64,000 bases of DNA from Thermoanaerobaculia bacterium (lineage in GTDB: Bacteria; Acidobacteriota; Thermoanaerobaculia; Multivoradales; Multivoraceae), in the NCBI GenBank assembly GCA_022822365.1, contig JAJEBV010000043.1:42811-106810 (forward strand). Direction: 5' to 3'. The notes beneath the pieces were generated by a model that was given only the letters and a program-made list of their open reading frames with translations, searched no databases and was not told where the DNA came from. Positions 8,774 to 20,310 of this stretch are shown piece by piece; within the stretch, counting starts at the first letter, position 1; every line of letters begins with the position of its first letter. A program made the position numbers and the translations under genes.

Positions 8774-9967
8774 ATGAGAAAGCTCGCAATCGCTCTCCTT
8801 GCGTTCTTTCGCCGGACCTCGCTGGCGGTGCGCAAGCTCCGCGGGCAGTCCGAGGACGACGTCGCCTCGCAGCGGGTCGTCACCGGCCGCTCCTGGGACG
8901 AGTTCTGCGACACGCTGAAGGCCGCCGGTGCGTCGCTGAACTTCCCGGGGACACCCCGTGACGCCTTCAACCAGGCGGAGGGCTACCGCTACCTGAGCCG
9001 GCTGGCCCGGGCGGGGCTCATGGCCTTCGTCGAGCACGCCGACCCGCGGGCGCCGGTGCTGCACCGGGTCGCCAACGAGACGGTCAAGCTTGGCTCCGAC
9101 AACCCGGACAACCACTACCTGACGGCCGCGCTCTCGGGCGCGTACGAGTACCGGATCACGGGACGGCGCAACACGGTCGCCTACCTCGGCTTCGGCACCC
9201 AGGCCGGCCACTACGGCCAGGGCGGCGGCCTGCCGCCGACCGGCTACGTCGAGGCGGCGGAACTCGAGATGGACGGCGAAGGCCGCTTCGAACTCGTTCT
9301 CAGTTGCGAAGAACAGGAGGGCAACTGGTTGCCGATGAAGCCCGACACGGGGATGCTCATCGTGCGCCAGACCTTCCTCGACCGGCGCAGCGAGATCCCG
9401 GCCGAATTGCACATCGAGCGGATCAACTGCGCGCCCGAGGAGAAACGTCCGTCGCCGCTGACTCCCGCACAGGTCGACGAAGGGCTGCGCTCGGCCAGCA
9501 CGCTGGTCGCCGGCGCCTCGCTGCTGTTCGCGAAGTGGGCCCGCGACTTCCAGAAGCACTCGAACCAACTTCCCCGATTCGACCAGGAGACGTCGAACCA
9601 GGCGGGAGGCGATCCCAACATCGCCTACTACCACTCCCACTGGCGGCTGGCCGGGGACGAAGCGCTGGTCATCGAGGCTGTGCCGCCGGAGTGCGAGCAC
9701 TGGAACTTCCAGCTCAACAACTACTGGATGGAGTCGCTGGACTACCGCTACCACACGATCCACACGAACAAGCACCTCGCTCGGTACGAACCGGACGGTT
9801 CGGTGCGCCTGATCGTGGCCCACGAGGATCCCGGGCTCCCGAACTGGCTCGACACCGCCGGCCACACCTCAGGCACGATGTCCTTCCGCTGGATCCGGGC
9901 CGAGGAACACCCCGAGCCGGCGACCCGGGTCGTCAAGCTGGCCGAACTGTCGGCGCGCCGCCGCTGA
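8774..9967 (+). CDS. DUF1214-domain protein
   Basis: Strong RBS. Motifs AEGYRYLSRL, KLGSDNPDNHY, WNFQLNNYWMESLDY, EPDGSVRLIVAHEDPG and NWLDTAGH are typical of DUF1214 proteins found next to sulfotransferases. Confidence 0.75.
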   Translation: MRKLAIALLAFFRRTSLAVRKLRGQSEDDVASQRVVTGRSWDEFCDTLKAAGASLNFPGTPRDAFNQAEGYRYLSRLARAGLMAFVEHADPRAPVLHRVANETVKLGSDNPDNHYLTAALSGAYEYRITGRRNTVAYLGFGTQAGHYGQGGGLPPTGYVEAAELEMDGEGRFELVLSCEEQEGNWLPMKPDTGMLIVRQTFLDRRSEIPAELHIERINCAPEEKRPSPLTPAQVDEGLRSASTLVAGASLLFAKWARDFQKHSNQLPRFDQETSNQAGGDPNIAYYHSHWRLAGDEALVIEAVPPECEHWNFQLNNYWMESLDYRYHTIHTNKHLARYEPDGSVRLIVAHEDPGLPNWLDTAGHTSGTMSFRWIRAEEHPEPATRVVKLAELSARRR

Positions 9968-9970
9968 CAA

Positions 9971-11230
9971 ATGCCGAAGCGGGTTGTCGAGACACCGACG
10001 GACTACGAGCGGCCGTACCGGCCCCTCCCGGTAGCGCTCCTGAACGCGGCCGGGCGGGCCGCACGCCGCGTCGGGATCGACGGGCAGGTCGACGTCGACT
10101 CGATGGTCGCGAAGGCCCGAAGGAGAACCGGCCTGTCCAGCTTCGGCGACGAGTGGTTCATGGAACCCCTGTCCGTCCTCGTCCGCTCAATCAACGAGGA
10201 GGCCGACCTTACGCTTCTGGGCCGGACGATCCAGCGGCGACGGATCGAGGGAGCGCTGGCGACGCGCCTGCGGGTCGAGGAGCTCCTTCGCCAGCGGCCG
10301 GAGATCCGGGACATCGACCTCGGCCGGATCGTCGTGATCGCCGGCCTGCAGCGCACCGGCACGACCACGCTGCACCGGCTGATCGCTTCCCACCCCGAGA
10401 TGCGCGCCGTCGCGGCCTGGGAGGGGTTGAATCCGATGCCCCTGCCGCGTGAGGAGCCGGGCGATCCTCACGCCCGAATCCGACAGGCCCTCGTCGCGGA
10501 GCGGGCAATCGCCTACCTGGCGCCCGCCTTCTTCGCCGTCCATCCCGCCGAGCACGACGCTCCGGAGGAGGACGTGCTGCTGCTCGACGTGTCCTTCATG
10601 AGCCAGTCCGCGGAGGCGACCATGCACGTGCCCACCTATGCCCGCTGGCTGGAGGGCCGGGACCATACGCGCGCGTACGAGGAGTTCCGCACCCTGCTTC
10701 AGGTCCTGCACTGGCAGCACCCGCGTCTCAACTGGGTGCTCAAGACGCCGCATCACATGGAGTACCTGGATGTCGTCCTCGAGGTCTTCCCGACCGCCAC
10801 AATCGTGCAGACGCACCGCGATCCGCTGAAGACGATCCCCTCCTTCTGCAGCATGGTCGCCCATGGCCACGGCCTCTTCAGCGACCGGGTCGACCCGCAC
10901 GAGATCGGTTCGCACTGGTTGGCCAAGACGCGCCGCCTGGTCGAGTTGACCGCCCGCGCCCGGGCGGCTGCGGACCCCCGCCGCTTCGTCGACGTGTCCT
11001 ACTACGACCTGGTCGACGATCCGATGGCCGAACTGGCCAAGGTCTACGAGCGGACCGGCATCCCTTTCGGCCCGGACGCCCTCCAAGCCGCCGAGAGAAC
11101 CGCGAGCCGCAACGTGCAGCACCGCTTCGGACGCCACGTCTACGATGCGAGTAGCTTCGGTCTGACCCGGGAGGCGATCGAGAACAGCATGGCGGCCTAC
11201 CGGCAGCAGCACGGCATTCCCATCGAGTAG
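9971..11230 (+). CDS. Sulfotransferase family protein
   Basis: PAPS-binding loop GLQRTGTTTLH, WVLKTPHH, and THRDP...S motif. Confidence 0.85.
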   Translation: MPKRVVETPTDYERPYRPLPVALLNAAGRAARRVGIDGQVDVDSMVAKARRRTGLSSFGDEWFMEPLSVLVRSINEEADLTLLGRTIQRRRIEGALATRLRVEELLRQRPEIRDIDLGRIVVIAGLQRTGTTTLHRLIASHPEMRAVAAWEGLNPMPLPREEPGDPHARIRQALVAERAIAYLAPAFFAVHPAEHDAPEEDVLLLDVSFMSQSAEATMHVPTYARWLEGRDHTRAYEEFRTLLQVLHWQHPRLNWVLKTPHHMEYLDVVLEVFPTATIVQTHRDPLKTIPSFCSMVAHGHGLFSDRVDPHEIGSHWLAKTRRLVELTARARAAADPRRFVDVSYYDLVDDPMAELAKVYERTGIPFGPDALQAAERTASRNVQHRFGRHVYDASSFGLTREAIENSMAAYRQQHGIPIE

Positions 11231-11260
11231 ATAGAGACCGCGTAGAGGAGACACCGAAAC

Positions 11261-12286
11261 GTGAAGAAGCTCTTCAAGGTCCTGCGCAAGGCGGTCAGGG
11301 ACCGTGCCGCCGAGCCGGCGGAGATCGAGCCTCTTGCCGACTCCGTGCGGCTCGAGGGCAAGACCTGCCTGGTCACGGGCTCCAACAGCGGGCTCGGCAA
11401 GGCCGTCGCCATCGACCTGGCGAGGCGCGGCGGCCACGTCCTGATGGCCTGCCGCGGCGGCCACCCCGACGCGGGCGAAGAGGTCCGGGCCGCCTCCGGC
11501 TCCGAACGGGTCGAGATGCTGCGGGTCGATCTCTCCGACATGCGTTCGGTCCACCAGCTCTGCGACGAATTGCATGACCGGGAAACGACGATCGACATCG
11601 CCGTCCTCAACGCCGGTGTCGTGCCGCGCCGCGCGCGCCGGACGCCGCAGGGCTTCGAGCTCATGTTCGCGGTCCACTTCCTGGCCAACCGCGTCCTCGT
11701 CGACCGCTGGCTGAAGGACGGCACGGTCCGTCCGGCCGCGAGGCTCGAGGATTCGCCCCGCATCATCCTCGTCTCCTCCGACGCCCACCGCTCCGCCGAA
11801 CCGGTCGACTTCGACCGTTTCGGCGCCTTCACGGACTACGGCGTCCGGGACGGAATCAAGCAATACGGTGCGAGCAAGCTCGTCGTCTGCACCTACGCGA
11901 CCGAACTCTCGCGTCGCCTGAACCGCGGCGGCGAGGGGTACGTCGCCGTGCACTCGCTCTGCCCCGGCCCGGTCAACACCGCCATCGCGCGGGATGCGCC
12001 GTGGTTCCTGCAGCCTCTCGTGGCGCCGATGATGAAGCTCTTCTTCCTGACGCCGGAGAAGGCCGCCAGACCCGTGAGCTACCTCTGCTGCGCCGACGAC
12101 GCCGGCCAGCGAAGCGGCATCTACCTGCACATGCTGCGCGAGAAGCGCCCGTCCGAGCACGCCACGGACCCGGCCAACGGGGCCAGGTTGTGGGAAGCGA
12201 GTGAAGTGCTGCTCGAGACCCAAACGCCACCGACACCGGGTGCGCCGGCGCCCCCGCCGGCATCCGGCGCGAAGCGCCGGCTCTGA
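11261..12286 (+). CDS. SDR oxidoreductase (retinol dehydrogenase-like)
   Basis: VTGSNSGLG, NAGV, VSS, catalytic YGASK, and CPGPVNT. Confidence 0.9.
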   Translation: MKKLFKVLRKAVRDRAAEPAEIEPLADSVRLEGKTCLVTGSNSGLGKAVAIDLARRGGHVLMACRGGHPDAGEEVRAASGSERVEMLRVDLSDMRSVHQLCDELHDRETTIDIAVLNAGVVPRRARRTPQGFELMFAVHFLANRVLVDRWLKDGTVRPAARLEDSPRIILVSSDAHRSAEPVDFDRFGAFTDYGVRDGIKQYGASKLVVCTYATELSRRLNRGGEGYVAVHSLCPGPVNTAIARDAPWFLQPLVAPMMKLFFLTPEKAARPVSYLCCADDAGQRSGIYLHMLREKRPSEHATDPANGARLWEASEVLLETQTPPTPGAPAPPPASGAKRRL

Positions 12287-12306
12287 ACACTCCGCCGCGC
12301 GCGCTC
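12238..12306 (+). repeat. REP-like dispersed repeat, copy overlapping the SDR C-terminus
   Basis: GGGTGCGCCGGCGCCCCCGCCGGCATCCGGCGCGAAGCGCCGG...CACTCCGCCGCGC is near-identical to 41701-41772 and to the reverse complement of 45745-45795. Confidence 0.8.
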
Positions 12307-12317
12307 CAGCGAACACC

Positions 12318-13316
12318 ATGACCTACCGACCTGGATCCGGCCTCTCGAAGGCCTTCCACCACATGTGGGAGCTCTGCTCGCGCAAGCCGATGGCGGAGCG
12401 TGTCGACATGTCGGGCAGAAAGGTGATCGTCACCGGCGCGACGCCCGGGTCGATCGGCTACCAGGTCGCCGGAACGCTTGCCGCCTGGGGCGCCGACGTG
12501 GCGGTCACCTGCCCGCGCAACAGCGACGCCGCCAGGGAGACCTTGCTGGGTGACCTGCGGGACGCCGGGCACCTTCCTGGCGGCGTCGAGGCGCACCGCC
12601 TCGATCTCGCCGACCCCCGAAGCGTCGCGGACTTCGCCGCCTGGTACCGCGAGACGTCCGGCGGCCGCCTGGACGTGCTGATCAACAACGCCGGCATCCT
12701 GCGCGACGTGCTCTGGCGCTGGCGCGAGCGCAGGGTCTCCGCCGACGGCTTCGAGATCCACTGGCGCACGAACTACCTCGGCACGTTCCACCTGACGCGC
12801 CTGCTGCTGCCGATGCTGCTCGAGTCCGGCCGGCGGAGCGGAGACGCGCGGGTGGTCAACGTCTCCTCGCACCAGCACGACAAGGGCAGCAACGACCGTC
12901 TCTTCGCTCCCCCGGACCGGTTGGACTCCTGGACCGCCTACGGCCAGTCCAAGCTGGGGCTGATCCACCACGCGTTCGAGCTGCAGCGCCGCTACGCCGC
13001 GGACGGCAACCTCCGATCGGCCGCCGTGCACCCTGGTTCCGCGTACTCGAACATGACCTTCGGCTGGCAGGACGAGCCCCGGTTGCTCAGGCGGATGAAG
13101 CGCCTGGCCACGCCCCTGGCGCCGATGATCCTCCTGACGCCGGCGCAGGCAGCCCAGACCACGATCAAGTGCGCCACGGACCCGAACCTGGAAGGCGGCC
13201 ACTACCATGAACGCTGCGCCACAGCCGAACCCATCCCCGACGCCCGGGACGAAGCAGCGTCACGACGCCTCTGGGAAGAAACGGACCGCTGGTTCCGGTC
13301 GCTCGGGGAGGAATAG
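12318..13316 (+). CDS. SDR oxidoreductase (retinol dehydrogenase-like)
   Basis: VTGATPGSIG, NNAG, NVSS, YGQSK and VHPG. ATG 12318 is preferred to the ORF-track start, which overlaps the upstream gene. Confidence 0.85.
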   Translation: MTYRPGSGLSKAFHHMWELCSRKPMAERVDMSGRKVIVTGATPGSIGYQVAGTLAAWGADVAVTCPRNSDAARETLLGDLRDAGHLPGGVEAHRLDLADPRSVADFAAWYRETSGGRLDVLINNAGILRDVLWRWRERRVSADGFEIHWRTNYLGTFHLTRLLLPMLLESGRRSGDARVVNVSSHQHDKGSNDRLFAPPDRLDSWTAYGQSKLGLIHHAFELQRRYAADGNLRSAAVHPGSAYSNMTFGWQDEPRLLRRMKRLATPLAPMILLTPAQAAQTTIKCATDPNLEGGHYHERCATAEPIPDARDEAASRRLWEETDRWFRSLGEE

Positions 13317-13337
13317 GCAGGAACAGGAGGCCCTTAG

Positions 13338-13787
13338 ATGTTCAAGCACGCCATCGATTCCGAACCGGTAGAGATCGCCGCCCCCATCGAGGTGGCCTGG
13401 GACCTCCTCGTCGATCTCGACCGCTACCACGAGTGGAATCCCTTCGCCCGGACCTACAGGAAGACCGATGTCCGCGTCGGCTCCACCATCCACTTCGACG
13501 TCAAGCTGGACCGCTACAACCGGAAGCAGACCGAGCGCATCGCGATCGTCGAACCGCCGACGCGGCTGGCCTGGACCACCAACGTCGCCCTCGGACTCGT
13601 CAAGGCGCTGCGCGTCCAGCGACTCGAGAAGCGAGGCGAGACGAGCTGCACGTACTTCAACACGGACACCCTCGAAGGGCCGCTGGCGCCCGTGGCCCGG
13701 CTCCTGTTCGGCGGCGCCATGCACCGCGGCTTCGCCGCCGTCGGCAGGGCGCTGAAGCAGACGGCGGAGGAGCGGCACGGCGGGTAG
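13338..13787 (+). CDS. SRPBCC (START/polyketide cyclase-like) ligand-binding protein
   Basis: AGGAGG RBS, EIAAPIEVAWDLLVDLDRYHEWNPF, and C-terminal helix ALKQTAE. Confidence 0.85.
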   Translation: MFKHAIDSEPVEIAAPIEVAWDLLVDLDRYHEWNPFARTYRKTDVRVGSTIHFDVKLDRYNRKQTERIAIVEPPTRLAWTTNVALGLVKALRVQRLEKRGETSCTYFNTDTLEGPLAPVARLLFGGAMHRGFAAVGRALKQTAEERHGG

Positions 13788-13991
13788 CGGGTCGGCAACT
13801 GTCCCCGACCGTCGTCCCGTTTCTCCAACCAGCTGCACCCAGAATCGGGGAGTGGTTTCGCTCCGATTCCGGATCGTGCCGATCCCGAGTCCGGCTCGCT
13901 CCGACGTTCGAGCATGGACTCCGTCCCGAACCCACCCGAGCAGGAGCGCAGCGCACCGTGGCCGGCGGGTCCCCGGGGGACTCGACATCCC

Positions 13992-14543
13992 TCATGGTTC
14001 GGAAGTGGCCGAACTAGGACCGCGGGAGGACTCCGCCGGCGTCTCTCGCAAGATCTCGGAGATATCGGCGTTTCCTGAGGAAGGGAAGAGCACTCGGATC
14101 ACATCATCCCGTTCGAGCCTCGTCTTCGGAGGCCCGAGGTCTCTCCGAAGTTGGAAGATGAAGTCGGCCATCAGCTTCTGGGGCTCCTCGATCTTGCTCC
14201 TCCCCTCTTCGGACAGAGCCGGGTACAGCGATGCCGCAAACATCTGTTTGCTGAAGGAACGGATGAGATCATCAGAAGCTGTGATCGCGAACTCGTACAG
14301 CACGAGATTGTACTCGGGTGAATCAGCAGATCCTGCTAGGGCTTGGACTGGATCTTTGCCCACACGAGTCGCCGCCAACGTAGCTGCCCAAGGCCGGAGG
14401 AGCTCCCGGTAGAGCGGGATCCTCGCCTCGCGGAGCGCCCTCGCTTCCTCCCGGCGCTTCTGCGCTCGGCGAGCCAGCCACTGATTGACCATAGTTACCA
14501 GCCCACCGCCCAGAGCCCCTACGACTAAGCTCATCACATCCAT
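13992..14543 (-). CDS. Hypothetical protein with N-terminal TM helix
   Basis: GGAGG RBS upstream of ATG 14543, hydrophobic N-terminus followed by a charged helix, and atypical codon usage at the island edge. Confidence 0.65.
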   Translation of the reverse strand: MDVMSLVVGALGGGLVTMVNQWLARRAQKRREEARALREARIPLYRELLRPWAATLAATRVGKDPVQALAGSADSPEYNLVLYEFAITASDDLIRSFSKQMFAASLYPALSEEGRSKIEEPQKLMADFIFQLRRDLGPPKTRLERDDVIRVLFPSSGNADISEILRETPAESSRGPSSATSEP

Positions 14544-14860
14544 AGTGCCGCACCTCCCTTCTCTTGCGGACAGACTGGCCAGACAGTCCCGTAGAATCTC
14601 ATCCGGCTAGACTACAGGTGCTTCCAGTCGGGACGTCCCAATCTTGCCGCACGGCCGCGGGTTCGCGATGAGGTGGTTCTTCGGCCTCTGCGCCAAGAGT
14701 CGCCCTCTGGTGGACAGTACAGTGGCGAAGGGCTAGGGTCCCGGCCACAAGCGCGCCGCGCGTATGGTCGTCTGTCCTTCTCCCGCTCAAAGGCCCCAGC
14801 GCACTGTCCGATGCCCGGCCAGAGCGTCCACCCAGCCCCACCTGATGGAAGCTCCCGTTC

Positions 14861-15703
14861 GTGTCAGAAAAGGACCGCTACAGTATGGCCGTTCACCGAC
14901 TCGATTCGGCACACCGGATTGTGAACCGCCTTTGGCAGGCCGCCCCCGACATCCAGCCCGACCTAGTCCGGGAGTTCGAGGCCGTTCAGGCGTGGCCGTG
15001 GATTTCCAACAGCTACCAGCTTGTCGAGCAGTCACTTAAGCTGCTGCTAGCCGTTCGACAAGGCGTTCCAGTCCCGGAGCTAGACCGGCGGCTTGGCAGA
15101 TCCCATGACCTCGACAAACTGTTCGCCGAGCAGGAGGATGACGACAAAGAAGAAGTGTCGCGCGCGTGGGAGTCGTTCGTCGAACTCCACCACTACATCG
15201 GTGTTCGCACCGTAAGGGACTTCCTGGACTCGGTAGGAGGCGGCTACGTCAAATGGCGGTACATGCTGCTCGAAGGCGCACAAAGCGTTCCGGCCAACCA
15301 CATTGGGGCGCTGCTGGAGATCGCCCAAGCGACCATAGCAAGGCTGGAGTTTCATGTGTTTTCTACTCGCCGCAGATTCCCGACCGTAAGCGAGCGGATC
15401 AAAGCGCGGCTCAGCGACGCCATTGGCCAAGTATGTAACGGCCACCTCGTCTCCGGCGAGGGCGACACAGAGGACTGGAAGAGACGCTATGCGCGGCTTC
15501 ACGATCTTCTTCGCACCCCCCAGATCCGATTGGCAGCCAGCGCACACCTCGACAACAGGGATAGCCCCACGCGGGGGCCCCAGCCTCCTCCGAACCCCTA
15601 CGCTCAACGCCTCCCGCAACTCGAACCCGATCTCATGGCCATCGTCGACCAGTTGAGACGTTCGACAGAGCGCAAGAACTTCCTCGTGTACTTCCGCAGG
15701 TGA
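14861..15703 (+). CDS. Putative HEPN-like domain protein
   Basis: SYQLVEQSLKLLL, RSHDLDKLF and YVKWRY resemble HEPN-fold signatures (E..LK, H.L..L, RY). Confidence 0.5.
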   Translation: MSEKDRYSMAVHRLDSAHRIVNRLWQAAPDIQPDLVREFEAVQAWPWISNSYQLVEQSLKLLLAVRQGVPVPELDRRLGRSHDLDKLFAEQEDDDKEEVSRAWESFVELHHYIGVRTVRDFLDSVGGGYVKWRYMLLEGAQSVPANHIGALLEIAQATIARLEFHVFSTRRRFPTVSERIKARLSDAIGQVCNGHLVSGEGDTEDWKRRYARLHDLLRTPQIRLAASAHLDNRDSPTRGPQPPPNPYAQRLPQLEPDLMAIVDQLRRSTERKNFLVYFRR

Positions 15704-15720
15704 TCTAGGAGAGCAGAGTC

Positions 15721-16758
15721 GTGTACGTTCTCCTTGACAGTTGCATCTGGATCAAAGAGCAGGGATTGACGTCCAACCTGGGAACCGCAACGCGGTTTCT
15801 CATTCGCGACAGCGGAGCCCAACTGGCGATTCCCGAGGTCGTTCGCCACGAAGTGACGAACGGCTTGGTCTCAGCCCTGCGAAGCCACCGAGATAAGGCC
15901 TTACGTTCTGGCCGTCGTCTGCTCGCCGCCATGGGCGAGAACGAACCCCGTCTCTCCCTGCCGACGGTCGAGGAGATCCAACTCCGGGTGTCCCAGATGC
16001 TCGACGAACTGGATTGCGAAACCGTCGACGTTCCGATCTCCTTGGAACCGGCTCGCTCTGCCATCGTGAGAGCTGCCGAGAAGAGGGTCCCGACAGGAGT
16101 CCGCGACGGGGTTATCTGGCAGAACTGCCTGGATCTTCTCGGCACCTCCGACGTGCATCTCGTTACCCAAGATGGGCAGTTCTACGAAGACAGGGCGCGC
16201 AGCCGTTTGGCTCCGTCCCTGAGCCAAGAGGCCGAGCTGAAGAACCACAGCCTTAGCGTGCATTCTGGTCTCGACAGGCTGCTCGACGCCTTGGAGGCTA
16301 CACAGACGGACCTCGTGCTCGACCAGCTCGACGAAGAACTCATCATCGAACAAGTCCTAGACGAAGTGCACGAGTGGGTTCGCGAGATGGTTGAAGACGA
16401 GGGAATACCCCTCGGAGAGTTCGATGACGCGAACGTAGACACGGCGTACCGGACCTCCGAGAGACACGAAGTCGTCTTGGTGGTCAGTGTCGAATGGCCC
16501 TGTGGCGGTGGTCACTGGGAGGATGGTGGCGCACAAGGCCGTGTGCGCGCGACGGTCTACGGCCTTCTCGACCGCCCCACCAACCAGGTGCGCCGGATTG
16601 AACTCAGCGACCTAGACGTAGACTGCGGGGACTACTCTGCCTCCATGTCGTTCCCTGACTCGGATGCAGTTTGGCGGCTGATCCGGGTCGATGCTCAGGG
16701 GCGGAGGATGCAGCTGGAGCCGAGACTTCGGTTCGAGCCATCAACGAACACCTTGTGA
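15721..16758 (+). CDS. PIN-domain protein (DUF4935/PIN_12-like) with C-terminal extension
   Basis: VLLDSCIW, IPEVVRHEV, VRDGVIW and LVTQDGQF supply the PIN acidic tetrad. AGGAG RBS. Confidence 0.75.
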   Translation: MYVLLDSCIWIKEQGLTSNLGTATRFLIRDSGAQLAIPEVVRHEVTNGLVSALRSHRDKALRSGRRLLAAMGENEPRLSLPTVEEIQLRVSQMLDELDCETVDVPISLEPARSAIVRAAEKRVPTGVRDGVIWQNCLDLLGTSDVHLVTQDGQFYEDRARSRLAPSLSQEAELKNHSLSVHSGLDRLLDALEATQTDLVLDQLDEELIIEQVLDEVHEWVREMVEDEGIPLGEFDDANVDTAYRTSERHEVVLVVSVEWPCGGGHWEDGGAQGRVRATVYGLLDRPTNQVRRIELSDLDVDCGDYSASMSFPDSDAVWRLIRVDAQGRRMQLEPRLRFEPSTNTL

Positions 16759-16832
16759 GTGCCGCTGCTGTGACGACCTGTCTTGGAGAGCAGGTGATCG
16801 GCAGTTCCGGGAAGGAACCAGCATGGAGCCGC

Positions 16833-20009
<3,177 letters not shown>

Positions 20010-20310
20010 AGGCCACACGACTCAGTCGGACGACCTGCTTGCCCGTTCCTTGCTACTCCCAATCGCAGCGGCCTCGTTGGGCCAACGCGTCCCCGACTCC
20101 GACGTGTCTTTCCATCGAAAGATCGCTGAGTGTCGAGCCTTCCTCGACCTCCGCTACGCTCCTGTTCTTCGGTAACCACCCGCTACACGTGTAGTCGCCG
20201 GGACAGCGCGACAGCATCGAGAGTTCCCGAACGCGGGAGCGTAGCGCCGCGGCGGCAGCGGCTCCGGGCGCGCGAGGAGTCGTAGAACGCTGACGGTCTA
20301 TCGCGGCTAG

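Noticed and set aside
13788-14860. Attachment site, tRNA or integrase at the island boundary
   Set aside because: No tRNA fold or recombinase was seen, and no direct repeat matching the right boundary was found by eye; only a short hairpin follows the SRPBCC stop.
20020-20310. Possible small gene or ncRNA between SIR2 and hsdR
   Set aside because: Short ORFs here have no recognisable motif or RBS, and I could not support a structured RNA.
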